A DNA stretch of 64,000 nucleotides from IMG/VR virus record IMGVR_UViG_3300031088_000775; one strand, 5' to 3'. The DNA comes from an uncultured virus (IMG/VR IMGVR_UViG_3300031088_000775). Lineage: Duplodnaviria; Heunggongvirae; Uroviricota; Caudoviricetes. Below the pieces are notes generated by a model that worked only from the letters and a program-made list of their open reading frames with translations, was not told the DNA's origin and ran no database searches. Each line of letters opens with the position of its first letter. Within the stretch, counting starts at the first letter, position 1. The translations under genes and the position numbers were made by a program. Of this stretch, positions 19,084-28,898 are shown one piece after another.

Positions 19084-19902
19084 CTAGCATTTCTGAAGAC
19101 CTACTTTCAAAGCGCGCTTATCTTTATCCGAAATTGCAAGATCATACTTCTTTACAGTGTCAACCCACTTCTTCGAGTAATCACAGTGGAAGTTCTTATT
19201 CGGTGGCATGTAATCGCCAGGACCCTTATCTGACTTCTTGCGATTTTCAGAAGCTGAAACTGCTAGTAATTGTGACTGATCATTAGCGAATTGTTCTTTC
19301 TTCTTTGCGTCCCAATTATTGCCACCTGCTTTAGCCGCATAGCTTAGCGGAACAATATGATCTATATCGAGTTTTGATGCGTCAGTAAAAGTTTCATTTG
19401 CATATGGCTCGACCCAGGTCCCTGAAAGTGCTTTACAGGTTTTAGAATCTGTTTTCACATTTTTACCTTGATTCTTCAATACTGTCTCGCGAGTATCGCA
19501 AGGATTACCTATCCAGTGCTTCCATTCAGACCTTTTATAATCAACTTTCTCTTGCGATCCTTCTTTAAGGGTTTCTAAAGTTGCAATATACTTATCTCTG
19601 TCTTTTTTAGCTTCTTCTGGATTATTAGGTTTGGATGTGTTAGACCCAGATCCGGATTTATCACTATTATTATTTGAGCCAGATCCGCCTCCATTACTAC
19701 CGCTACCTTCACAAGTCCATTCAGCCTTATCAGCGCCGCAATCAAAAGCTTTGTCCGACCAAGACTTGAAGTAATCATAGCCGTCTTTTACTGAGTTAAT
19801 GTCATTAGTTTTTCCCCAGCCAAAAATAACAGCAATAATTGCGAATAATGTTAAAGCTGAGAGCATTCCACCCTTGAAGCTTCCGCCACCTTTTTTAGCC
19901 AT
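19084..19902 (-). CDS. Exported HNH nuclease (DUF1524/GmrSD C-terminal-like)
   Basis: Signal/TM, Gly/Ser linker, CDTRETVL, DIDHIVPL, FAND..LLAV...NRKKSDKGP. Confidence 0.85.
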   Translation of the reverse strand: MAKKGGGSFKGGMLSALTLFAIIAVIFGWGKTNDINSVKDGYDYFKSWSDKAFDCGADKAEWTCEGSGSNGGGSGSNNNSDKSGSGSNTSKPNNPEEAKKDRDKYIATLETLKEGSQEKVDYKRSEWKHWIGNPCDTRETVLKNQGKNVKTDSKTCKALSGTWVEPYANETFTDASKLDIDHIVPLSYAAKAGGNNWDAKKKEQFANDQSQLLAVSASENRKKSDKGPGDYMPPNKNFHCDYSKKWVDTVKKYDLAISDKDKRALKVGLQKC

Positions 19903-21299
19903 TAAATATTCCCCTCACTACCGAAAATAGGATCACCAATGTCAGACGAGAAATTAAAACCCGATGTAGCCAATGATGTTAAGTTTGTTGTCTGTTTAAA
20001 AGCGTCAAAGCGCACATAGTCTCCAGGCATTTGCTCTAAGAAGAGACCTGCTTGATTTCCTGAGGACCAAGATAGATGAATATCCATATCAGCATAGCGC
20101 TGTTTTAGGAAACTGAAATAATCTTTAACTTGAGCCTCAGATGTACCATCAATAACAATGCGATAATGGCCTTCGACCCAAGGGCTCTTGTCTTGAGTTA
20201 TCACCTGTGAAATAGTTTGAATATCTTCAAGAGAATCCATTACATCAGATGGGAAAGGTTCAATAATATTATCAGTTGAAGTTCTACCGACACTTAAGTT
20301 CTCAATTTCGTCTTTATGCTCTTGCTTCTTCTTTTCGAGCTCAGTCTTTATTTTATCGCTGGGAACAAGATCAAATCTTGCATAGCATGTGAAAGGTAAT
20401 CCTACGCGCTGCGGAAGGTATAAGAACGGAATGGCTGCACTTGGGAATCCTTGGAATTTAGCAAAACTAGCGAATGTGATGCAAGCTCTGTACCCTTCTT
20501 GCTCTGTACCATCTTCTTGAAGTTGATTGATTTTAAGCATACGCCAAGTTTTAGTAATTGCTTTATGCACTTCTAGAGCAATATCCCCTGGGCCAATACG
20601 GTTGTCATGATCAATCTCTAAATATGGTGTTCTCATTGCTGGGTAGAATTGACGCTTAATCAAGAGTAGAATCTCTTCAGCGGTACATCTAGTAGCATCG
20701 AGATTACCTGTAGACAATGAACGGTATACACTTTCTTCTTGCTGTCTAGTCTTCATTTCTTCTGTACTAGATATCTCATCTGTAGGTTGCTTCAATGATG
20801 TAGCAATACCTTCTTTAATAGTATCCCAAGCTCCTTTAACGCCAGCTTCAAAAATATTTGTATCGCTTGACTCGATAGCACCTCTTTTACCCAGGCTTAC
20901 TCCCAAGTATGTAACTTTCCTATGGAATTGCTCATATTGAAGATAGCGCACCTGCTCATCAATATATCTATCAAACCCTTCAGGGGTCCCCCAACCTTTT
21001 GAAATTTCTTTTACTTGCGCAGACCATGAATCAACATCAACTGGTACTGAGGTAATGATCATATGGCAGGAAAGTTTTTCTTTTCTTGAAGACATTAGAT
21101 CATTCAGAGCGTTTGTTACTCTAAGCCCTAAGCTAACCTGCTGAGAACTAGACAGGAAATCAAATACTTCATTGCTAACCTTATAATAGGCCATTTTTTC
21201 AGTCTTGCTAAAAACTATATTGTCGATAATAGCCCTTGCTGAAATGTCAAGATTTTTTAGAGACTTCGACTTGTCTGAGCTACTAGCTTTTTTTGCCAT
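19902..21299 (-). CDS. Conjugation protein resembling the N-terminal half of VirB4/TcpF/ConE (no Walker motifs)
   Basis: IIDNIVFSKTEKMAYY, YLGVSLG and QAGLFLEQMPG resemble the N-terminal region of Gram-positive VirB4. No GxxGxGK[ST]. Confidence 0.55.
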   Translation of the reverse strand: MAKKASSSDKSKSLKNLDISARAIIDNIVFSKTEKMAYYKVSNEVFDFLSSSQQVSLGLRVTNALNDLMSSRKEKLSCHMIITSVPVDVDSWSAQVKEISKGWGTPEGFDRYIDEQVRYLQYEQFHRKVTYLGVSLGKRGAIESSDTNIFEAGVKGAWDTIKEGIATSLKQPTDEISSTEEMKTRQQEESVYRSLSTGNLDATRCTAEEILLLIKRQFYPAMRTPYLEIDHDNRIGPGDIALEVHKAITKTWRMLKINQLQEDGTEQEGYRACITFASFAKFQGFPSAAIPFLYLPQRVGLPFTCYARFDLVPSDKIKTELEKKKQEHKDEIENLSVGRTSTDNIIEPFPSDVMDSLEDIQTISQVITQDKSPWVEGHYRIVIDGTSEAQVKDYFSFLKQRYADMDIHLSWSSGNQAGLFLEQMPGDYVRFDAFKQTTNLTSLATSGFNFSSDIGDPIFGSEGNI

Positions 21300-21462
21300 T
21301 CGCTTTTCCGCCCCTTAAATTAAGTGTTTTTAAACTTATTTTTAATATCGCTTTGAACCGCATATCTACTTTTTCTTTTTTCTAAACTAAAAAAGTACGC
21401 TGAATATATCTTATTTCAGCGTACTTTCTATTCTTTTTTAAAATTATAGAATAATTTTACAA

Positions 21463-21798
21463 TTACTCGCTATAAACATCTGTAAATTCAGCAGTACCTG
21501 AAAGATCAGGGGCTACAGTGTTAATTTGCTTAGCGGCATTCTTAGCTACCTTAGTAAGACCTGCGTCCTTACTACCGAATAGCTCTCCACCAGCAAAGAC
21601 AAGAACACCAACAACCGCGGCAATACCGACGAAGCCAATAAGCTTCATCCAAGCGCGATCCTTAATGAACATGATAGCGAATACAGCTACAGCAGCAATA
21701 AAGAGCGGGGTAATCCAGCTCTTTAGAACTGTATTCCAAAGATTTGTCAAACCTGAACCTGCTGCTTCAATTTCTACTAAATTATTTAAAAGTTCCAT
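21463..21798 (-). CDS. VirB2/TcpD-like small 2-TM conjugation protein
   Basis: 111 aa hairpin of two hydrophobic helices, lying between tcpC-like and virB4-like genes. Confidence 0.6.
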   Translation of the reverse strand: MELLNNLVEIEAAGSGLTNLWNTVLKSWITPLFIAAVAVFAIMFIKDRAWMKLIGFVGIAAVVGVLVFAGGELFGSKDAGLTKVAKNAAKQINTVAPDLSGTAEFTDVYSE

Positions 21799-21912
21799 TT
21801 TATTTACTCCATGGATTTGTCTGTACAGGACCTAAATCTCACCTAAACTAGTATTTAAAGATAAGATCCTTTTTAATATCAAAACTTTTGTTTTAATCTT
21901 TTCTAAAACATT

Positions 21913-23715
21913 TTACTCGCTTTCTAGCGCATCCGATGCAACAAAGTATTCAGGCGCAAATTTGCTTACTAAATACTTATCATTATCTTGCTTTTCTAAA
22001 GTCATAATATAGTTAGAGTTATACTCAGATCTTATTTCTTTATTTCCTGGAATATTATTAGCCCAACGAACACCAACTTTAACCTTAACCTCGCCAGGGA
22101 TTTCAGTTGGATAAGCCTCAAAGGTTAAGCCAGACTCAATACCACCAGCAAAATCATATTGACCATCAAGTCCCCTCTTGAGTTCGCTGCCAGCATCACT
22201 AACAATATACTGATCAAGAGCTGAATGATCTGTAGGTGAAGAAGTTGCGTAGCCTTTCATAAATCCTTGAACCACTGAAGTGAGGGATTTAGTAAGTTCT
22301 TCATCAACAGAACCTGTTCCGATAGGATTCGCGTCAGGGACATCCGAAGCAGCCATAACTTCAGCTGCTGGGACAACAGTTGGAGAGTCAGGGGTAATTG
22401 ATAGTGCCCCTGTATCTGGATTAGCATATACATTGACGTTAAAAAATTCCCAATGTGAGGCTGAATCATCTGAAGGTGCTTTTGCCTCAGAGTTTGAAGA
22501 CTCAACTAGTGCTCCTACCACATAACTTGTTGAATGGTCTGTTAAAGGAGTTACAGAGTAAATCGTTGGCCCATAGAGAATTTTCTGACGTAAGCTTTGA
22601 TTCATATATCTTGCTTCATTGTTAGAAGGAGCAAAATTACCCGAATAGAAATAACCTAATACTGAATTTCCAACTTTATCTTTATCATCAGTCAAATAAG
22701 CCTGCATAAAGTCAATTGCATATCCTCTACCGCTTTCAATTGGGAAACCAGTGACATTATTAGCAGCTAAAGCTTCTGCCTGAATTTCATCAGCAGTCCA
22801 TTGATCCGCAGGCATAAAAGAACTCTTAAGGCCTAATAAAAATATACCTCCTAATAACCCAATAACTGAATACTTAACTATAGCTGCATTCCGAGATTTA
22901 TTCTTACGTTCATCAAAGTCATTGACTTTAATAGACTTTCGATTAGGATTACCGTAAGGCTTTAATTTAAGATTTTCTTCATCAATAAAAATATCCTGCC
23001 CAGTCTTATCTTTCTTATTTTTCTTAGACTTATTACTCTTTTTCTGTGATTGCTTTGCCGCGAGCGCTTCAGCCTGTTGTTTTGACTCTTCTTCTTCCTC
23101 CGCGAGTTTATCTAACTCTTCTTTCTCTCGCTGAGCTTTTCTCATTCGAGCTTCTTCAAGAAGCTTCTTTCGCTCTGCATCTTCAGCCCGAACTCTAGCA
23201 TCCTCTTCGTCATAAGGATCATACTCAGTTTCTTCAATTTGCTCATCTACTGGTATCGAGCTAAAAGTATCGTCTTCGGGATCATCAAAACTATTTACTA
23301 CTCTATCATTCTGAATAGGCCGGGGTCTAGCGGGCTTGCGATTCTGACTCATAGACCCTGAATGAAGAGGATTTTCATTCGAAAGTTCTGGAAGTCCATC
23401 GTCTCGATAATTCAATCTACTAGGTAAGCCTTGGCTTTTTGACCCTTCATCGAATTGTTGCTGGCCTTGATTAGGACTTTGCGGACGATTCAAATTTCCG
23501 CCTTGATTACCTTGCTGTCTCTGATTGGCGGATTCGGGTCGAACCCTTCTTTGAGCTTGGTTTGGTAAATCTTGCGGTAACCCTTGCTGTCGATTACCCG
23601 GACTTGATGGCAAACCCCCCTGAGGCTTTCTTGGAGGCTGATTAGGGTTCTGTGGTAAGCCGCCCTGACCTGGTCTGTTTGTAGGAATCACTATATAAAC
23701 CCCGTTTACTTTCAC
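21913..23715 (-). CDS. TcpC/VirB8-like conjugal transfer protein
   Basis: Disordered Q/P-rich N-terminus, one TM, then two NTF2-like repeats (FMQAYLT; VQGFMKGYA...YIMTLEK). True start may be the GTG at 23691. Confidence 0.75.
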   Translation of the reverse strand: MKVNGVYIVIPTNRPGQGGLPQNPNQPPRKPQGGLPSSPGNRQQGLPQDLPNQAQRRVRPESANQRQQGNQGGNLNRPQSPNQGQQQFDEGSKSQGLPSRLNYRDDGLPELSNENPLHSGSMSQNRKPARPRPIQNDRVVNSFDDPEDDTFSSIPVDEQIEETEYDPYDEEDARVRAEDAERKKLLEEARMRKAQREKEELDKLAEEEEESKQQAEALAAKQSQKKSNKSKKNKKDKTGQDIFIDEENLKLKPYGNPNRKSIKVNDFDERKNKSRNAAIVKYSVIGLLGGIFLLGLKSSFMPADQWTADEIQAEALAANNVTGFPIESGRGYAIDFMQAYLTDDKDKVGNSVLGYFYSGNFAPSNNEARYMNQSLRQKILYGPTIYSVTPLTDHSTSYVVGALVESSNSEAKAPSDDSASHWEFFNVNVYANPDTGALSITPDSPTVVPAAEVMAASDVPDANPIGTGSVDEELTKSLTSVVQGFMKGYATSSPTDHSALDQYIVSDAGSELKRGLDGQYDFAGGIESGLTFEAYPTEIPGEVKVKVGVRWANNIPGNKEIRSEYNSNYIMTLEKQDNDKYLVSKFAPEYFVASDALESE

Positions 23716-23748
23716 GTTTTATCTTCAGTAACTAATATCGAATTGTCG

Positions 23749-26295
23749 CTAAAAATCTAAGTCAGGCAACTCATCGTCATCATTAAAAGAATCTAAAGAA
23801 TTTTCTTTCTTAACTGAATTCTTTCCTAATTTTTTATTTTCTCTCTTCTCAGGTATGAAGTTAGGATTGAAGAATTCCTCAAAAGAATTATTCTTTACTA
23901 CATTCTTAGCCTTTGAGTCGAGAGCAGGAGGATTAAATGAGGGAAGTTCTTCTAAATCTTCATCAAAAATTATAGAATCAGTCTTTGACTCTGCTTTTCT
24001 TAACTTCGAATTGACCTCATTAAGTTCATTCTCAGTCTCTTCATCTAGAACCTCCCACTCAAAGTCCCCATCAATTTGCTCTTCAGTAGGTGCTGGAGGC
24101 ACAGGCTCAAATGCTTCGTCATAATACTCTGGAACATACTCGCTCGAAGAGTGACTACTCTGCGAATAATCATTAAATGAATCTAATGAAGAATCTTCAG
24201 TAGCCGATTGCTTAGAAGTCTTTTGAATTGAATAATCTGGATCTTCACCGTTTAAGTGGCTATTATAGATTCGAGAACTATATGATAAGAAGTCTTCCTC
24301 AGTATCCTCAAGATTCTCGATAGTTAAGTCAGACTCCTCATTTAAAGCGATAGTTTTAGTCGGAACACTGGGTTTTAAAGCAGCTTTATGCTCAACTAGC
24401 ACTTCTTGGGAAGGTATCATCCAAACTTGTCTTGCAGCAGCACCATCACGAAGAGGCTTAAGTCTACTGTCTGCAGAAACTTTATTAATAATTACAGCAG
24501 TTGATTTGAAACCATTATTTTCGTCTGGTGAAGATAGTCTCAAGAATCTACTTGGTTCAAAAATCCATCTTTGAGCATTACGAGTTTGGACAATATTATT
24601 TCTCTTATTAGACCAATTCCAAGAAAAGAAGAAACTAGAACTCTGATTAGTTCTCACATAGTCTGTAAACTCTTCTTTACCTAAGATTTTTGATAATCTT
24701 TCAGCAGAATCTTCAGTCATACCAGCATGGATAATGAAATTAGAGCAAGTATCAAGAATTGACAACAAATACGCCTCACCGTTTGATGGAGCAGAAGAAA
24801 TAATCTGCTCAAACGACTGCTGCGCTAAGGTCATTGCAATCTTAGATTCTCTAGATTTTTCTAAAAGTGAAGTAACAGATGTTGGAGGAACTGCCTGAAA
24901 TTCGTCAACATATACATTCAACTGAGGGAATTTTCTTGAAGTCATTTCATTACGGCGCATAGCTGAAACTGCAGTAATATTTGAAAGAATCATTGATCCA
25001 ACGAAAGTAGCGAACTCTTTCTCATCGTCAGAATTAAGAGAAAATAAAATGACATTATTGCCCGTAGAGGTTAGCTCATGAAGCTTAATATTTCTATCTT
25101 CTTCATCTTTCGAGAACTTCATCCAACGTCCATAGTCCGAAGCTGTAATAGTTCTTAATTGACCTTGAAGGGCTCCGACTGCGTGCGCAATCTGAGTCTT
25201 ACCTTTAGCCTGTTCAGCTAATCCTTCAGCTTCTTCCTGAATACTAGTCCCTTCGCAGGCAATAGCTAATTCCATAAGATTATCATCTTTAATTGCTGAA
25301 GCAAGTAGCTTAATTCCTCCAGACTGCCAATCAATAGACGGAGCCTTACTTTTATCAGCTTCTTCAAGCATAGCAAAAAGAACCTGAAGCAATTGAGTCA
25401 TATTATCTTTATATACAGCAGACGCGGTATCGTATTCACGCATATTCAAGACCATGTCAGCCTTGTAAGTTCTTGAACCACTTGCTAACGGATCCCAGAA
25501 TGCTTGACCAGGAGAATTAGAAATATTATAACTCTTTGGGTCGCCACTAACGAAGTGATAGAATCCGGCACCAGCATCTTTAGCCCAAGTAGCGGCTTTA
25601 GATGCTAACTGAGGGGAGCGCTTGAAGTCAATAATAATTAAAGGTTTACCCTCTTGGATGTCTGCGTAGATTAGAGAAAGCATCGTAATGGTTTTACCCG
25701 AACCAACACCACCACTAATAAGAGTCTGCTTTACAGCTTCTTCGTTAAAACGATAAGCAACTAAGTCTCCGTTTTCTTCATCAAGACCTAACGGTGCTCT
25801 ACCTTCCTCTAGAAACTCTCCTTTTTTAAGACCTTCAATTGTTCTTTTTCTTCTTAATACTTCGATTGGGCTGCGGCGATACTTGAATTTATATGTCCAA
25901 CTACCTTCAAGATGTACCCTATCAGGGTTATTCTTTAGAGTGTGAACTTGCCATAAAATACCACCGAAGCCACCAATGAAGCCTAACATTGCGTTAATAA
26001 TTAAGACTGCAGGTAGTAATTCTGTCCATTCAGTTGCAAATGATGACAAATCAGAGAAGACATACATTGCTCTAGAGAACGCTTCAGTAGATATCCATAA
26101 AACTACTAACAGCAATTCAAGAATTAGCATTGTTACTGCTGACACTGAACGCTTTTGGCGTAGTTTTCGGAACATGATAAACCAAAAGGTAAATCCTATG
26201 ATTACAGCGGGGAGAAAGAGAACAGCAAGTAAAATCGTTAGACCATACTTGCTGTCACCTTTGCTCTCCGAGACATTTGATTGACTGTCAAACAT
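23749..26295 (-). CDS. Type IV coupling protein (VirD4/TraD/TraG-like)
   Basis: N-terminal TMs, Walker A GGVGSGKT, IIIDFK, Walker B VYVDEFQ, KSRE..AQQS, SAERLSKILG; acidic tail. Confidence 0.9.
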   Translation of the reverse strand: MFDSQSNVSESKGDSKYGLTILLAVLFLPAVIIGFTFWFIMFRKLRQKRSVSAVTMLILELLLVVLWISTEAFSRAMYVFSDLSSFATEWTELLPAVLIINAMLGFIGGFGGILWQVHTLKNNPDRVHLEGSWTYKFKYRRSPIEVLRRKRTIEGLKKGEFLEEGRAPLGLDEENGDLVAYRFNEEAVKQTLISGGVGSGKTITMLSLIYADIQEGKPLIIIDFKRSPQLASKAATWAKDAGAGFYHFVSGDPKSYNISNSPGQAFWDPLASGSRTYKADMVLNMREYDTASAVYKDNMTQLLQVLFAMLEEADKSKAPSIDWQSGGIKLLASAIKDDNLMELAIACEGTSIQEEAEGLAEQAKGKTQIAHAVGALQGQLRTITASDYGRWMKFSKDEEDRNIKLHELTSTGNNVILFSLNSDDEKEFATFVGSMILSNITAVSAMRRNEMTSRKFPQLNVYVDEFQAVPPTSVTSLLEKSRESKIAMTLAQQSFEQIISSAPSNGEAYLLSILDTCSNFIIHAGMTEDSAERLSKILGKEEFTDYVRTNQSSSFFFSWNWSNKRNNIVQTRNAQRWIFEPSRFLRLSSPDENNGFKSTAVIINKVSADSRLKPLRDGAAARQVWMIPSQEVLVEHKAALKPSVPTKTIALNEESDLTIENLEDTEEDFLSYSSRIYNSHLNGEDPDYSIQKTSKQSATEDSSLDSFNDYSQSSHSSSEYVPEYYDEAFEPVPPAPTEEQIDGDFEWEVLDEETENELNEVNSKLRKAESKTDSIIFDEDLEELPSFNPPALDSKAKNVVKNNSFEEFFNPNFIPEKRENKKLGKNSVKKENSLDSFNDDDELPDLDF

Positions 26296-26355
26296 TTACT
26301 TCCTCAAGACTTTAGAGTAAAAATTATATTAAGTTATATCAAAGAAGTGTGCTTT

Positions 26356-28215
26356 TCAAACAAGAGGATTAAAACCATATTTCTCAACAATAGCAAAGTA
26401 CGCTGGAGTTAATTTTTTCGTAGGTCTGACGCTTTTTCGCGCAATCTCCTCCTGGATAGCCTCAAGGTTGCTTGTTGTATTAGCAAAACTCGATTCGACT
26501 ACAGGTAGGATTGAATCACCAATAGACTTTTTATCTTCAGTTTCGACAATTACATTAGGAATCACGAAACTATCATTTTCTGTCATAACTTCTGGTACTT
26601 CAAGAAAGTCAGGGTCAACTGACTCTAGCTGAGCGTCCATAGGGCTATGGAAAGCAATATTCTCTACGCTATTAATTCCCTTTATTTTCAAATCTATTCT
26701 ATGCAAAATCGACTGAACTTCTTCGTCTGATAATTCTGCAACAATAACTGCTATTCTTTCAAGTAGAGACAAACGCTCACTGTTGACAAGGTAACGATCA
26801 GACTCGACACTCTCAACTTCTAAGAAATTGACGCTAGTTGAGTCCTTTGTTTTTTCAATCTTCGTTAAAGTTTCAGTGTCTGCTGTTACTGCTTCATCAT
26901 GACCTACATGATCAATTTCAGCATTAAACTTCAAATTCTCAAAATCCCCAAGACTTTGCTCATACTTTTGTCGCTTCATCTCTAAAAGAGATTCAATATC
27001 CTCTAATTCTTGCTCGAGAACGAAATTTTGACGAACCTTGCGGTGTAGTTCACTCTTCTTAGATTCATCAATCAGATCATTATTAGAGATTCTTAGTATA
27101 TCTGGTTCAATATTATCTGATGCATAAAGAGTGTTCTTTGAAGTTTCGACTTCAGCCATTTCTTCATAAAAGAATTTACCGTCATCGTCAATTGAAGAAA
27201 ATGACTCTGCTTCTTGATTTTCTTCGTAAGAATAACCATCTACAGGCTCTAATATGTCTCCAGTAAGAACCTCGGAATCTAAGATCTCTTTTGAATGACT
27301 ATCGTCTCTTAATTCTTTAATCCCAAAGTCGGAAAAATTAGAGTCTGAATCTTCTTTTTTACCTATAGAGATAAAGTCATCATCATCCAAACTTGGAAGA
27401 GAATCACCGCCAGTGCTCCAATTCTCGTTAAGCCTACCTGGATAATCAACTTCTACTATATCACTTACCGAAAGCATTAAGATAGTCTCTAAAAGATCTT
27501 CAAAAATAAAACCATCTGAAGTGTCTTTAATAGTTTGTAAATTAGTACCTTCACCTGAAGCAATATCTAAAATATAATTCTCTGTAGCTATCCTGCTAAC
27601 ATAGTTCTTATTAAGAACTTTAATCTTTACTGAAGAAAAATCACTAGACGATATACCTAGATCTGATTCGAACTCTTTCCGAAGCTTCTCTAAACGGTCA
27701 AGCTCTTCTTTCAATTCATCAATTGAATAATTTAAGAAATCTGCAGACTTAGTACCTACAACTGCTGATTGCTGTGAAAGAATTTCAGAACGAACTTTAA
27801 TTAGTTTTGGGAACTTTTCGAGCAATTCTTGGGCACGACGAATAGAATAAGCTTTAAATATACCTTTAAGAACCTCAGGCTCTGAGGTTCTCATTATTTC
27901 TGAATAACCATCCATAATGTCGAATGCGTTAACAGAGCCGGGAACATCTTTAAACTTTTCCGATTCGGGCTCGTAGGCTAGTCTACTTTCTAGATTAAGC
28001 TCAGGGATATTGAATACAATCTTGACTTTACCTTCTGAGCATCTGACTAGATAGTTAACATCATCAAAGTAGAAAACTGCTTCTTTAGTATCGAGAGAGC
28101 CAATTCCAAACTCACCCTTTAAAGCTTCATAGACATTTTTATAGTCTTTTTCAAACTTTCCAGTGTCTTCTTTAGTTATGTCTTTAGGTGCTGATTTTCT
28201 TTTAAAGATTCCCAT
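26356..28215 (-). CDS. Hypothetical acidic coiled-coil protein
   Basis: 619-aa ORF with no recognisable motif. Confidence 0.75.
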   Translation of the reverse strand: MGIFKRKSAPKDITKEDTGKFEKDYKNVYEALKGEFGIGSLDTKEAVFYFDDVNYLVRCSEGKVKIVFNIPELNLESRLAYEPESEKFKDVPGSVNAFDIMDGYSEIMRTSEPEVLKGIFKAYSIRRAQELLEKFPKLIKVRSEILSQQSAVVGTKSADFLNYSIDELKEELDRLEKLRKEFESDLGISSSDFSSVKIKVLNKNYVSRIATENYILDIASGEGTNLQTIKDTSDGFIFEDLLETILMLSVSDIVEVDYPGRLNENWSTGGDSLPSLDDDDFISIGKKEDSDSNFSDFGIKELRDDSHSKEILDSEVLTGDILEPVDGYSYEENQEAESFSSIDDDGKFFYEEMAEVETSKNTLYASDNIEPDILRISNNDLIDESKKSELHRKVRQNFVLEQELEDIESLLEMKRQKYEQSLGDFENLKFNAEIDHVGHDEAVTADTETLTKIEKTKDSTSVNFLEVESVESDRYLVNSERLSLLERIAVIVAELSDEEVQSILHRIDLKIKGINSVENIAFHSPMDAQLESVDPDFLEVPEVMTENDSFVIPNVIVETEDKKSIGDSILPVVESSFANTTSNLEAIQEEIARKSVRPTKKLTPAYFAIVEKYGFNPLV

Positions 28216-28306
28216 TGCAAGTCCATTCTGTATTGAAATCGGCTCTGCAGAGCTTATTATTTAGTGTTAATTTTAATATCGAAAACTCGTATATTTTAAA
28301 GTAATA

Positions 28307-28798
28307 TTACTTTCTAAAAACTTCATTATAGAAGGCCTCCTCGAGAGTCAGATTGATTCTTTCAGAAACTTTCACTGATGTTAGAGACCTAAGAATTCTT
28401 TGAGACTCTTCCTCAATATTCTCATTATCGGACTCAATTTGAAGAGCTGCAAATTTATTACTTTGAAGCCACTCAATAGAAACTAAAGAGTCGCCAGTTT
28501 TAAATGTAAGTCGAATTTTGCTTTCAATCGTATTAGCTTTACCGCTAACTAATTCAGAGTAATATTTTTCAGAAGTTATTTCTTTTCTTGGCCCTTTTAT
28601 AGTTAGCCTATATTCTCTATCGACACTAAATTCACCTTCAAGAAATATTTGCTCAGGCTTTTCTGAAGTAAAGTTAGAGACACTAATTAATTGATAGACT
28701 TTATTCTCAAAAGAATCTTCAATGAAGGTCTCAACAATAGAGTACCATCTTTTCTTTTTAGCGGAAAGTCTGTTAAAATCACTGTCCATCTTCTCCAT
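28307..28798 (-). CDS. Degenerate CYTH/triphosphate-tunnel-like protein
   Basis: YRLTIKGP..EI and IESKIR motifs resemble the CYTH family; the N-terminal ExExK is not conserved. Confidence 0.45.
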   Translation of the reverse strand: MEKMDSDFNRLSAKKKRWYSIVETFIEDSFENKVYQLISVSNFTSEKPEQIFLEGEFSVDREYRLTIKGPRKEITSEKYYSELVSGKANTIESKIRLTFKTGDSLVSIEWLQSNKFAALQIESDNENIEEESQRILRSLTSVKVSERINLTLEEAFYNEVFRK

Positions 28799-28898
28799 GT
28801 CTAATAATACTGAGTAAACTCTTCTTTCGTTCAGAATTCGGCCCTCCTTATAAATAAAGCCGTAAATTGAATATCAGACAATTAAACAATAGTTTTAA

